NCBI RefSeq assembly: GCF_018350175.1 | Contig: NC_058383.1 | Coordinates: 27,654,001-27,718,000, forward strand | Origin: Felis catus | Taxonomy: Eukaryota | Length of the DNA stretch: 64,000 nt | Reading direction: 5' to 3' | Shown here: piece by piece, positions 37,835 through 49,895 of the stretch | How the letters are laid out: each line of letters starts with the position of its first letter | Numbering within the stretch: the first letter of the stretch is position 1 | Translations under genes and position numbers: made by a program | The notes under the pieces: model-generated | Databases searched by the model: none | Seen by the model: only the letters and a program-made list of their open reading frames with translations | What the model was told of the DNA's origin: nothing

Positions 37835-38639
37835 TGAAAGCCTGGGGGTGGGGGGAGGGAGCGGGCTCTGCCTTATGGAGAGCTGATTGATAGGTCTCCC
37901 GAACACTGTTTAGACACTTCTGTGCTAGGAGCCAGATAACATTAGTTTATTTATTAAAATACATGTTAAAACACCAGTTGTCTCTCTTACCCTGGCATTT
38001 CATTCTCATCATTGTTGTTAAGGAATTGTTAACAGGCTACTGATAGGAATGGAAGGCAGGTCCCATTAGGGAGCTAAATGCCACTTTTCGGGGGGTGGGG
38101 GAGATGTGCCCAGGGCTCCGGGCAGCCCCGTGCATGGTGCATAATCATGCTAATTTGGCATGATTGATTGCTTCCCTCTGATACTGGCCCCACCCGGGGT
38201 TCCAGGGAGTTGGAGGTACTGCTAATCCCAGCAAAGACTTGGGAGCCTGGCTGTGAGGGGCTCCAGCCAGCCTTGTGTCCAGCTAAGGTCTCTGGACTTG
38301 CCTTCTCTGTCACCAGGCTGACAGCCTGGCCTGAGTGAATGGCAGTTTGAGCCCTGAGCAGAGCGAGTGTCATCGGGCACAGGGAGTCGACAGGCCTGTA
38401 GAAGGTGACACGGCTCAGGAGAAAGCCTACAGCTGCGACTGCGACAGGATGGGTGTGAATCCCTGTCTTGCTACTTGGTAGATTCCCTGCACTAAGTCCA
38501 AATACCAAACATCACCACTCTACACCACGAGTTCGAATCTCCAGAGCAACATGGATATACGATCTTCCCTTTTTATGTGCCAGCCTATCCTGTCTTGTAT
38601 TTGATGAGAATCATTATCATGCCCATCTTAGATTCTCCC

Positions 38640-39070
38640 TTTGCTCATTTACTCATTCTCTCACTCACCTACCCATTCAGTTACTCAATCATTCCATGAG
38701 TATCTGTTGAGATTCTACTTTGTGCCCAACACCACACTAGACACTGAACTACCAAGCTGAATACAGCAAGCACTGTCTTGCTTCCATGTGGTTTATATTT
38801 TACTTGGGAGAAAGGCACTAGAAACTATTTTTTAAAAGTGTTTTCATTATGGATCTTAAGAATTATAAAGGAGAAACAGAGGAAGACCCTATGGGAGCAC
38901 ATGACTGGGCCAAAAAGGAAATGTTTTGGCAAAGAAGATGCTGCAAGGCAAGAGAGGCGTGGCCGATATGAGGGGAAAAGCATTCCAGGGAATGTGAGCA
39001 GCATGTGCAAAGGTCCTGTGTTAAGAAAGAACTCCGCATGTTTGTGGGTTTAGAGAATGGAAGTGAAACA
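38640..39070 (-). mobile_element. L2 LINE fossil
   Basis: (cattc)-type tail; ggggaaaagcattccagggaatgtgagcagcatgtgcaaaggtcctg. Confidence 0.75.
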
Positions 39071-39099
39071 GAGTAAGCGATTCCACTAGAACATAAAGA

Positions 39100-39820
39100 A
39101 GTCAGAAAATTCCCATTCCTTGCCTTCCTCCAGCTTCTTGCAAAGCACATACAGAGGAAACAGGGTCCCGGAAGGAGCACAAAGGTTGGAAACAAGTCAG
39201 GCAAATAATTTCTTCTGGGCCTTGATCCCTGAATATGTGTGTGACTCTTGTGTTTGTGCCACTGTCACCTTATTTAAGCTGACAACTACGTCTCCCTGAA
39301 TCACCTTCCCTGTAGGGTTCTGGTTTAAACTACCCAAGAAAAGAACTTGTGGGGGTTTTTGAAGGCAGAGATTGAACTGCAGTTACACTCAGAAAGTCAC
39401 TGTGTCCAATATGGTGAGGGACACTGATGTTCTTGGGAGACCCGAGTTGCCCTCCCTCGCCTCTGTGCCACAGCCAGTTTGCCTTCCTGACCAGTGACCC
39501 TGGCAACCAACGGCAGGGGCCTGGCTGTGACTCCCAGAGGTACAGCCACACACGATCACTGTCCCCACACAGCTCCCGGCGAGCACCCCTTTCTGGTCCT
39601 GCTTCTTCAGCTGTATGTGCCAAGAGTCTCGCATTTGCCACCCAGGCCACTGCTTCAGACAAGCTGCTTAGTGGCTTCTCCTGATGCCCTAGCTCCCCTT
39701 TCCAGGCCTTCCTTTCCCCAGCTCCTCACACAGCTGTGTGCGGTCCAATTCCTGTAAGAAAAGCTCGTTCCTATAATACTCATCATGACTTTGTTTCCCA
39801 GCGAAGCTAACCTACATCAA
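39100..39820 (+). mobile_element. ERVL LTR (LTR16-like); 5' boundary uncertain
   Basis: 3' end ccagctcctcacacagctgtgtgcggtccaattcctgtaa...tataatactcat resembles the LTR16 family. Confidence 0.55.
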
Positions 39821-39823
39821 TCC

Positions 39824-40583
39824 AAGAGAAGTGAAGGGAAGAGAAAGAAGGGAAAGGACAGAGGGGAGGGAGGGGAGAGGTGGGGAGGGGAGAGGAGAGG
39901 TGGGGAGGGGAAGGAGGAGGGGAAGGGAGAGGTGGGGAGGGGAGGGGAAGGGAAAGGAGGGGAAGGAAGAGGTGGGAGGGGAGGGGAAGGGAGAGGTGGG
40001 GAGGGGAGCGGAAGGGAAAGGAGGGGAAGGAAGAGGTGGGAGGGGAGGGGAGAGGAGGGGAGAGGAGAGGTGGGGAGGGGGAGGGAGGGGAGAGGAGGGG
40101 AGAGGAGGGGATAGGAGGGGGAGGGAGGGAAGAGGAGGGGAGGAGAGAGGAGGGGAGGGGAGAGGAGGAGGGGAAGGGAGAGGAGGGGAGGGGAAGGGAA
40201 GGGAGAGGAAAGGTGTGGAGGGGAAGGGAGAGGAGGGGAGGGGAGAAGTGGCGAAGGGAGGGGAGAGGTGGGGAGGCGAAGGGGGGGAGAGGAGAGGAGA
40301 GGAGCAAAGGGAGCATAAGGGAGAGGAGGAGGGGAGGGGAGAGGAGGAGGGGAAGGGAGAGGTATGGAGGGGAGGGGAAGGGAGCGGAGGGGAAGGAAGA
40401 GATGAGAGGGGAGGGGATAGGAGGGGATGGGAGAGGTGTGGAGAGGAAGGGAGGAGAGAGGAGAAGGGGAAGGGAGAGGTAGGGAGGGGAGGGGAAGGGG
40501 GGAGGGGAAGAGAGAGGTGGGGAGGGGAGGGGAGAGGAGGAGGGGAAGGGAGGGGGGGGGAGGGAAGGGCAGAGAAGAGGAGA
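39824..40583. repeat. ~760-bp G/A-rich low-complexity tract with internal higher-order units
   Basis: Almost pure purine strand; the overlapping Pro/Ser- and Gly/Arg-rich ORFs are artefacts of it. Confidence 0.95.
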
Positions 40584-41219
40584 CATCCCCACACTTAGAT
40601 CTCATCAAGCTGCCTCCTCCTCCCCCAGGAAGGGATCCCCAGTTAGGGCCTCCAATTGCAGGTACCTGTGTTCTTCTTCCCTGATTTGAGCAAGTCACTG
40701 TGGTTGGCCTGCTGACATTCATTTCATCACTGAGGACAAACAGGATGCCTTTGTGCCATCAGGAAATATGGCGCTGACATAAACGAGCATTGAGGTGCAG
40801 TGCGCAGTGAGAATGGAGTTCTGGCTCCTCCCTTCTCCTGTCCGCGTGTCCGACCCTGTCGGGGCAGCCCGCGCCATGGTTCCGCTCCATCACTCAAGGG
40901 TCAACACCTGGCATGGCACCTGGAGCCCCACCGCCTGGGCTCAAATGCCTGCTCTGCCGCTCTGTAAAGGTGGACCTCAAGTCACCCCACCTCTCGCGTC
41001 CTCCTCTGAAAACGGAAGCCATTACCGTGGCCCCGAGAAGGCTCCAAAGAGAAGGTGGAAAGTTCTCAGCATAGCATGTGACGTTTCTTAAGTGCCACTG
41101 ATGTCACTGCAGCGAGTCCAAATTCCTCTCCCTGGCTTTTCATCTCTGAATGCAATAAAATATGCAAAAGTGGTGCCTATTTTGTGCAACAGCTTTTCAG
41201 AGCAGCAAGTACTGCTTAT

Positions 41220-41797
41220 GTTGAGGGTTCTACTGCCCTCTCCTTGCGTTCTTTCCCTTGTTCCTTAGACTGGCCAGTGAAGCAGCGGCCGACTCTCTTG
41301 TTTGGCTACTCCAAAAGCCATAGCCAAACCTCACATCCTCTGCTTATCTCACAATGTAAACAGAACGAAAATAAACCAGATAGCCACTCTGCGGTGCTCC
41401 CTGCACCTCGCATGGGACACGTGACTCATTTCTGGTGAACAAAATACAACGGTGGAGATTCCTGAAGCATAGTGTATGGGAAAGCTTTACTTTCCTGGTG
41501 AAAAGGACACGTCTTATTGGTGCTTCCCTTCCTCCTTCCTGCCTTGAATGTGGATGTGATGACTGGTGCTGTGGCAGCCATCTGTGACACATGGGGATGA
41601 GAAGCTTACAGCCGAGAATGGTCGACCAGATATAAAGAAAGGGTCTGAGTCCTTGACAACACAACTGAGTTTCTGAACAAACCTGGAGACACATATGCAT
41701 CCTTATATTTATTCAAATTCTCATTGGGTAGAGGTTTGTGATTGCCATTTTTCATCATTTCTGTTACTTGTATACAAAAGGATTCTTAACTGATACC
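41220..41797 (+). mobile_element. MaLR LTR (MLT1I/J-like)
   Basis: cttcctgccttgaatgtggatgtgatgactggtgctgtggcagccatctgtgac ... ttctgttacttg...ttaactgatac. Confidence 0.75.
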
Positions 41798-42110
41798 AGG
41801 CTACTATGTCTCTGTTGCATATAGGGGTGGGGAGGCTCAAAAGGTTAGGCAAATTCCAAAAGTTTTCACAGTTTTTAAGTAGCAGATTCAGAATTCAGTC
41901 CCAGAATGCTCTCCTGTTCCAAGCTCTTAACCAATAACACTCTGCTGTACTCAATGTATATGTTTCCCTACTCTGCCTTCTCTCCTACATACATTTAAAC
42001 CCCATTCTGATTTCAAGTCTGAGTCCTAGACCCTCCATATGTCTTTGCATGATTAATCTAGTCCACAGAGAACTCTTGCTTCATTGACTCCCATTTCTCC
42101 ATTTCTCTAT

Positions 42111-42234
42111 TTATTTTTTGTATTTTAAAACTTTTTATGTATTTATTTTGAGAGAGAGAGAGAGAAAGAAAGAAAAAGAAAGAAAAAGAAAGGAAGGAAG
42201 GAAGGAAGGAAGGAAGGAAGGAAGGAAGGAAGGA

Positions 42235-42290
<56 letters not shown>

Positions 42291-42461
42291 GAAAATGCAG
42301 GGGGGAGGGGCAGACAAAAAGGGAGAAGGAGAGAATCCCAAGCAGGCTCCACAATGTCAGCACAGAGCCGGATGCAGAACCCAAACTCACAAATGATGAC
42401 ATCATGCCCTGAGCAGAAATCAAGAGTCAGATGCTCAACCGACTAAGCCACACAGGCAGCC
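42111..42461 (-). mobile_element. Can-SINE with large (GGAA)n(GAAA)n expansion
   Basis: SINE body at 42300-42461; TSD core ctccatttct at 42097 and 42462. Confidence 0.92.
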
Positions 42462-42567
42462 CTCCATTTCTACATTTAAATGTGGCACTTCCCCATTTTC
42501 TAGTTCTTCAAGTACATTGTACTTTTGACCCTCTCCCTCCCTGCACCCCATTAGATCACATGCATGG

Positions 42568-42724
42568 TTTTTTTTTTAATTTTTGTAATGTTTATTTATT
42601 TTCCAGAGAGATAGAGTGTGAGCAGTCAGCACAGAGCCCGATGTGCAGCTCAAACTCACAAACTGCAAGATCATAACCTGAGCCCAAGTTGGATGCGTAA
42701 CCAATAGAGCCACCTAGCCACCCC
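42568..42724 (-). mobile_element. Internally deleted Can-SINE
   Basis: TSD AGATCACATGC at 42553-42563 and 42725-42735. Confidence 0.9.
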
Positions 42725-44548
42725 AGATCACATGCTTCTTAAGGTCAGAGAAGCCACCTCAAATCAAAGAACAAGGGATTTGGAGGTTGCTTCAAATTCT
42801 GGCTTCATCTCTTGCCTGTTGTGTGGCTTTGAGAAAAAGTTCATCTGTCTGGATCTCATTCTGATTTAAGAAATGAAGTTCATATTATTGCCTTAAGGTA
42901 TTAATGAAGAAACTATTTGTAAAGCAATTAGCAGAGTGCCTGACTCATAACAGACACTCAGAACGATGGCTACCACTGTTATTACCGTGCGTTTTATTTC
43001 TGGTGCACTTAGTACGTGGCAAAGGGACAACAAATAGTATGAGTTCAATAAGCAACTGTTAATAGAATGGTCCATTGACTATTTCATTAAGAACTTACTG
43101 AGATGTCATTTTATTCCAGACAATGTGCTAAGCATTTGACTTTAAAGATTTTTTTTTAATCCTTTTCTTGGACACATGAACAGATAACTATAATGGAGTT
43201 TGACAAATTCAATAATAAAGAAACTCAGAGGGTTTTATGGGGACATAGAGGAAGGGCACTTACCAAACCTAGGAAGGCTTCCCAGAGGTGGTCCCAACTT
43301 AGCTCCTACAGAGTAGAAGAATTTAAATTATAGGTTCCGTTAATTGCCTTCCAGCCTCCCGAACTTTGTTATTCTTGCCTGAAGGAAGTTGTAGAAACAG
43401 GGTACAAAGGAATGGCATTTGTGTCCCTGGGAGTGGGGACTCAGATTCATGTTAATGATAACTGCTCTTGCAACTTAGGACCCCTGTCTAGGGGCTGCAT
43501 TAGTTAGAAACGAGCTCCTTTTCAAGCTCACTTTCATGTTGGCTTTTCCTCCTTTGCGGTAAACAACGCAAGCCATTCTGTAAGCTCTCTCCCTTCTCTT
43601 CCAAGCACCATGCACATTCTTAGAAGCAGCCTCTGCCAAGAAACAAAGGTCAGTTCTGCAGGGAATGAATTGCCAAAGCCATGTTCTTATTTTGAGTTTG
43701 GATCAAGGAAAGGAACATGGGTTTGTCTTTATTTTGCAAAGTTCCCTCACATCTCCACAGGCAGATCCATCAACGCACGTCCACACGTGGCCCAGAGTCA
43801 CGGGCGAGATTTTGATCCTGCTACTCTCAAAAGGCAGGAGACTGGCTTTGTCATTGCTTCCAGGCCCTCTGGTAAGGGGTGCCCCTTGGAAGGCTTCAAT
43901 CCTGCCAACCAGGCTGCATACAGGGGGCTGTAAAGTCACCGGGCAAGAAGGCTGACAGTAGGACTTCGATGAGAGCCTCGAGGTTGACACATTTACGAAG
44001 TATCAGAAATCACGAAGGTCCTCCTCAGTTGGTTCCTGTGCTACTGAGGGGCTGCTGTGTTCCAAGTGGGAGCCTCTGACTGCCCCTGCCTGGACTGGAA
44101 GGGAGTCGAGCCTGGTCTGAAAGGCTTTCCAAGGGCTCCTTTGTGCTCTCCTATTAAGGATATTGCTGTATAACATGGAGTGTTTGGAAGGTCTTCCTTC
44201 ATTCATTTACTAAATATTAACAAATACCTACTGTGTGCCAGCAGCAATCCAAATCCCAAATATGGACAAGCAGCAGTGCCGTCTATGTTTCTGAAGTTCT
44301 TGTACTGCACACAGAAGGACACTGGGGTCGGGGGGCGGGGGGGGGGGTGGTGGCGGGGCTGAAATCCACTCACCCAGCTCTGAACTCACGCAACTGTGCT
44401 TGCCAAGAAGGTGGGACCTTTTCTAACGCACCTGGTTCAAGAGGGCAATTTCCTCTAATTCACACAAACGTGCAGTCTCCTTGGTGTACAAGACAATCAC
44501 AGTACTTGCTTTTATTGTAGAAGAGGATGAGGAGGGGGCCAGAAGATG

Positions 44549-44713
44549 TGCACTGTAAGCAACTTGAGAACTGGGTCCGTGCATTTTTCTATACTGAGGG
44601 AGGATAGATATGAGCTGCCCATCATGGCCTTGTAAAGGACCCTGAAAAAAATTTATGTTCATAAATGCACTACTGAATAATGTAAAATTTACTGAAAATT
44701 TCCAAGGGGTAAA
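44549..44713 (+). repeat. Direct repeat copy A (family unknown)
   Basis: Aligns by eye with 45562-45726 at roughly 75% identity. Confidence 0.85.
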
Positions 44714-44929
44714 CCAGCATCCAAATAATATGTGAGATGACTTCAGATTACACCCAGGGCTAAAAAGAAATGAACAGTGTGGCATTAATGCAGTGATGGG
44801 GGAAGGGTGCTGCCTTAAGTAAGTGGTCGATAAGGTTTTCCTGAACGATTAGCATTTGAGCTTAGACTGAAGGTACCAAAGACCTAGCCATCAAAAAACC
44901 GGGGCGCCAAGGTATTCAAAGAGTCCAAG

Positions 44930-45250
44930 AGTCTAACTAGAGAAGTTGTACGCAGATCTCCCAGGGCATTTATTGGAGGGAAGGAGCTTCCCGACAATAC
45001 CAACTACACTTCCATCTGGGTCCCGACATTGTTCTCATGCTCAGAACCGATCGATTCCTTGCTATTCTTGGTGGGCAGAAAGTCTTTGCAAAACTTGACC
45101 TTTCCCAAGTGTTATCAATACAGCTAATAGAGATGCTGTCAGAAATGTCCACTAATCATCACACACCAGGGGGCTTTCTGAGTTCAATGCACTTGGTTCG
45201 GGATTTCTGCTGCCCTTGGAATGTGTCAATGTTTGTGGATGAGTCTTTCT
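44930..45250 (+). pseudogene. Ty3/Gypsy LTR-retrotransposon pol (RT) relic, frameshifted
   Basis: Frame 1 reads FLAILGGQKVFAKLDLSQ; frame 2 from 45155 reads IITHQGAF*VQCTWFGISAALGMCQ. Collinear with Gypsy RT motifs LAGGKVFxKLDLxQAYxQ ... TIxTHxGxF...RLxFGxSxAPGIFQ. Confidence 0.75.
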
Positions 45251-45561
45251 TTACAGAAGTTCAATTACGGCATCGTATTGATTCATTTTAGGTCTTATAT
45301 TTTTACATGTTTGTACGTCTGTTTTCACCAACAGGCTGTGAGTCCCTAGAAAGAAGGGCTCTGTCTTTTTCCACTTTGTGCTCCCAACACTAAAATAGTA
45401 TGGAATTAAAAACAGATATTTAGCCAATGCTTTTGGGTTCTGACGATCCTAAGATGATCCCATAGCCAAGTGGTTTGTTGTTTTGATACTTTAACTAACT
45501 TATGAGATTGACAGATAACCAGAAAATCCAGTCACTCTCCTGTTCTGATGACAGTCACTTA

Positions 45562-45726
45562 TGCATTATAAACAATTTGAAAAAGGGGTCCATGCATTTT
45601 TCCATATTTGGGTAATCTAAATATGAGCTCCCTTGTTGTGCCCTCTTAAAGGACCTTGAAAATAATTTATTCTCATAAATACATTAGGGAATAATGTAAA
45701 ATTTATTAAAGATTCCATAGGATAAA
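45562..45726 (+). repeat. Direct repeat copy B (family unknown)
   Basis: Shares the 17-mer GAATAATGTAAAATTTA (45689-45705) with copy A (44675-44691). Confidence 0.85.
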
Positions 45727-46023
45727 TAAGATATTTATATTGCAAAACAAGTTCAACATCTCCCTTTGAACTGTCTTTTAACCAAAGTCCACTCTCCTGT
45801 ACTGTCTAAAAACTGTGTTTCTCTCTCCCTGATTTCCTAAAAAGCCCCAACTTCACTGATACCTCCTCTACCCCACTTCTTGGAGCTTCTACTGTGGACC
45901 AAACTGTTCGTCAAAGTTTTTCTTCTAAACAATCGCCATACTTTCTTCAAGTGGAGTTTCATAACAGCATCTAAGAAAATAGAATGGTCTCCATATAGCA
46001 AAGGCACTATAGCCCATGCAGTG

Positions 46024-46100
46024 TTTTTTGTTAATGATATTTATTTATTTAGAGAGACAAAGAAAGAGAGAGGGAGAGGCAGAGAGAAAGGGAGAGACAA
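46024..46100 (-). mobile_element. 5'-truncated Can-SINE (tail and CT region only)
   Basis: tttatttatttagagagac...ggcagagaga; degenerate TSD tagccc..tgca(g/c)tgtttt. Confidence 0.7.
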
Positions 46101-46849
46101 TTAGCCCTCTGCACTGTTTTGAACATAATAGATGTCAGTTAATAGCTAACTGAATCCTCAACAGCACAGTCCAATTCTATGACATGCTGCGCGATGAATA
46201 AAACAAAAGCTTCGAGTCTTTCTCAGGCTACTCGAGACTTATCCCATTTTTCTATTGCAGGTGGAACCATTGCTGAGCCCCGTCATTGCCAATGGCAAAA
46301 ACTACTTTCCTCAGCCCTGTTAAACAGCTAATAACTTCGAAGTTTGTGCATGTACATGTGGATGGGTATAAAACACTTCTTACCTAGTTACTTTATGGTT
46401 TAGAAGCCATGTTCGTGCCAACAAGTCAGTGGGGACTAGGACCCCAGGTAGTGACCATTCTGCCACTTCTCCTTCCTTACAGTGGCTTTTTCAACTCTAC
46501 TTTGCCAAAAGTCCGAAGCACCTACCTGGTGACCCTGCTCCCAGGCCTCAGGTAAGTGGCCGAGAGCAGGCACATGACTCTAATTGAGCCAATTACCCCT
46601 CTCTTCCTGGTTATCTGGCACTGGAGCATGAAGAAGGAGTTAATGGCCACGCTGGAAGACCTATATATAAGGAGATGAGCCAAAGGAGAAGCTGGGCTGA
46701 ATCAGAGAGAAGAGATTATGTAATCAGACAGACCCAGTGGGAGTTCCTGATGATTTTACAGTTTCCATGATGCCTCTGACATTTGTTTTGCTAAATTCTC
46801 TCTGCCTCTTTATAAAACCTTCACTTTCCCTTTTACCTCCTTCGTGTGT

Positions 46850-47125
46850 GTCTCTGGCCCATAAACCAAAATATCCCTCCCTGACCAACCACCCCCTTCC
46901 ACCAATCAGACACACCCGTCCCTTCCCTGTGGGTTCCCCATGCACCTTGCATGCAGGCTCCTCGCGACACAGTGAATGGCGATGTGTCATTTACAGATTA
47001 CCTCCTTACCAGGCTAGGAGCACACTGAAGTCAAGGTCTATGAGTTCATCCCTTATCCCTACTGCCTCACTCCACCCTAGGGATGTAGTAAATGCCCAAT
47101 AAATGTTTGTTGAATTGAATTAAGA
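46850..47125 (+). mobile_element. L2 LINE 3' end fossil
   Basis: tagtaaatgcccaataaatgtttgttgaattgaatt. Confidence 0.65.
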
Positions 47126-48192
47126 ACAATGTCATCTGTAGAATAAAATCATGTACACATCGATTTGTTCTAAGCCCTTACTGTTTCCACAGAAGACCAG
47201 GATTCCACAATCAGCCTTACAGCCATGCCTTTATAACATGGACCAATCACAAGTCACACTGGGGGCTCTTTTCTGAAAATAGCACATTCCCTTAATTATA
47301 TCCCTGCCTTTTCAAAACCACAGCACTCTTTTTCGTAGGAGCTTCTGAACGCAAACTTGGTTGCTGCTGGAGCCATTTCTCATTATTGAGTAAGCCCTTG
47401 ACCCACCTCTTCAGACTGATGGAATCACAAAATTAGAGGTGCTGGTCATTTTTTCCTTTTGTTTTCTTCTGATTACAAGGGTAATACAATTGGAGATGAT
47501 GCTACAATGGCATCATGGGTAGTTCTGCTACCCACCTCCCTAGATCAGAATTCATTTTCCCACAACATCAATCTTGCTCTGCCCCAGCCTTCAGCACCCC
47601 TTTATCCAAGCCTGGGAAGACACATAGTGAAACCCACAAAAGTTGCCTTTTCTACCATTACAGATGTTACTGTGTGGCAAATGCAAGAGATTATTCTTTT
47701 CCTACAGTCTATATATGTAGTTCACCAAAATGCCGCTGGATGGGATTTCATGAAAAGAAAGCTAAAATGAAATTTCAACTCAGGAAACAAAATTTATAGG
47801 GTTAGCAAATAAAAAAAATCCATATTTTAAAACAACAAGATGAAATGTTTATCCAGAAGTATGGCATAAAAAAAGCCATGAACACAACTGAAACTGGGTT
47901 AGCTCTATAAATCATTAAGAACACCATCAAGGATGGTCATCTCTGTTCACCTACCCTCCGTTTTGCCTGGGTATTTCAACATGAGCTAGTGAAAAAAGGA
48001 GCAAAGTAGGTTTTACCCTGTAGTTTTTCTTTGAGAGTATCCACAAAATCTTTATACATTGTAAGATCAAATATTTAAAACATTACACGTATATCATCTT
48101 CACATAAATGCAGAGGAGTTTGATTCTATCTTAAATATGGAATTCAATACCTTACTTAGGATGCCACCTGATCTATGTGTGCCTTTCCCTAG

Positions 48193-48363
48193 AATGGTGA
48201 TTTTCAAACTCAAATGCACATTAAAATACCCAATGGAGCTTTAAAAATGTTTGCCCACCCAAATCAATTAAACCAGAATCTCTAGGTACGAGACCCAGGC
48301 CTTGGCATTTTTTTAAAAGCTCCTCAGATGATTCTAATACTCAGCCCAGACAGAGAGCCACTG
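48193..48363. mobile_element. MER5A-family hAT element
   Basis: caattaaaccagaatctctagg ... ttttaaaagctcctcagatgattctaat ... gagagccactg. Confidence 0.75.
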
Positions 48364-48420
48364 TCCTCAAAAACATTTGGGAATGCAAATCATCTGTTCC
48401 CATTAAACAGCAAATCTCTC

Positions 48421-48644
48421 GGGGTGCCTGGGTGGCTCAGTCGGTTAAGCGTCCGACTTCGACTCAAGTCATGATCTCATGGTCCATGAGTTCGAGCCCC
48501 GTGTCGGGCTCTGGGCTGATGGCTCGGAGCCTGGAGCCTGCTTCCGATTCTGTGTCTCCCTCTCTCTCTGCCCCTCCCCCATTCATGCTCTGTCTCTGTC
48601 TCAAAAATAAATAAACGTTGGGAAAAAATTAAGAACAAACAAAC
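48421..48644 (+). mobile_element. Young feline Can-SINE
   Basis: Perfect 16-bp TSD AAACAGCAAATCTCTC at 48405-48420 and 48645-48660. Confidence 0.97.
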
Positions 48645-49699
48645 AAACAGCAAATCTCTCGGGTCTCAAATAACCTGATCCAGACAAGCAAGACCCAGGC
48701 AGGATAACAGGACGAGATTTGGGGAAAGGCCTATAAAGTATACATGGGTTACGTGTCTCCTTATAAACTATTTTAGGTCATATCTGAACAAGTCAGACAC
48801 CCCAGCAAGCACATCCTCCATTATAAATTCACAAAACACACTTTCTGTCAGCCTATGTAAATTTGGTTGGGGGTCAGAATAAAATCTGTAGGCTGAGTTG
48901 CTGTCAGTTTGGGATATCCTGGGGGGCTCAATGGTCACCATTAGGAATTGGTGCCCACTCATTCTGCTTGCCTTAGACTCTTTGCCCTCCTTACGACAAA
49001 GTACAAGCTAGAACAACATGAACTAAAGCCAACAACCCTACAAACGGAATTAACAAGACTTTTTTAAAGATATGGAAAAGACTTTATGGCCTCTCAATAT
49101 ATAACATTTAACCATTATTCAGTTGGTCAACAGTTACCACTGTAGAGATAAAAATAAATGTGTACAATCCAACTGGAGTAAGGCTATAAATCCCTGGAAA
49201 GAAATTTTCAGGTTGGGAGGTACTTTAGAAGTCAAACATTCTGACTGCTATATTTTTAGGCATGAGGATTCTGAAGAGAATCCCCTTCCAGAGAACCCTA
49301 ATTACTAAGGGCCCGAATTCCAAGACCACCATGATACCTTCTCCTCAAAATCTTTTTCCTTGGGCCCATCAAGTGTTGATCACCATGGTGGATTAATAAT
49401 ATTTCAGAAAGAATATGGAGGTAAGAGGAGAAAGGGTTTCCAGAGTTAACCTGGGCACAGCTAAAATTTGAACACTAGTCTCTCCCACCAAGTCTAGAAT
49501 GAACAAACAGGTATTGGCCCCAAATAAAGTAAACATATTCTAGTTTTAACTGCCAGCTCAGAAAAGTATTAATTGAATTGTCTTGGGGGAAAAAAAAGTT
49601 CACCTCTTGGAGCCTCAGTTTCCTCATAAATAAAATACATTTAACAACAACAAAAAAAATCTGTCTTGCAGGATAGTTGAAAAGATAAAGTGAGATCAC

Positions 49700-49895
49700 C
49701 AGAGGTTGGTGGACTTTTTCTATAAAGAGCCAGATAGTGAGTAGTTGAGGGTTTGTGGGTTAGATGAGGTCTCTGTTGCAAGTTTTCTCTCTTTTTTTTT
49801 TTATAACCCTTTAAAAAATGTAAAATAAAATGAAACATTCTTAGCTCATGATTCGTACAGAAGCAGGCCACCAGCTACAAGAACCATGGCTGATC
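49700..49895 (+). mobile_element. MER58B/C-like hAT element inserted in a MIR (MIR from ~49540)
   Basis: ttttctataaagagccagatagt ... taaccctttaaaaaatgtaaaa...cattcttagctca. Confidence 0.7.

Noticed and set aside
39785..40722. Long ORFs (200-301 aa) on both strands
   Set aside because: They are translations of the G/A low-complexity tract, which lacks stop codons for compositional reasons.
45037..45291. 84-aa ORF as an intact domesticated Gypsy gene
   Set aside because: The RT similarity leaves this frame after KLDLSQ and continues in another frame containing a stop; no YxDD motif is present.
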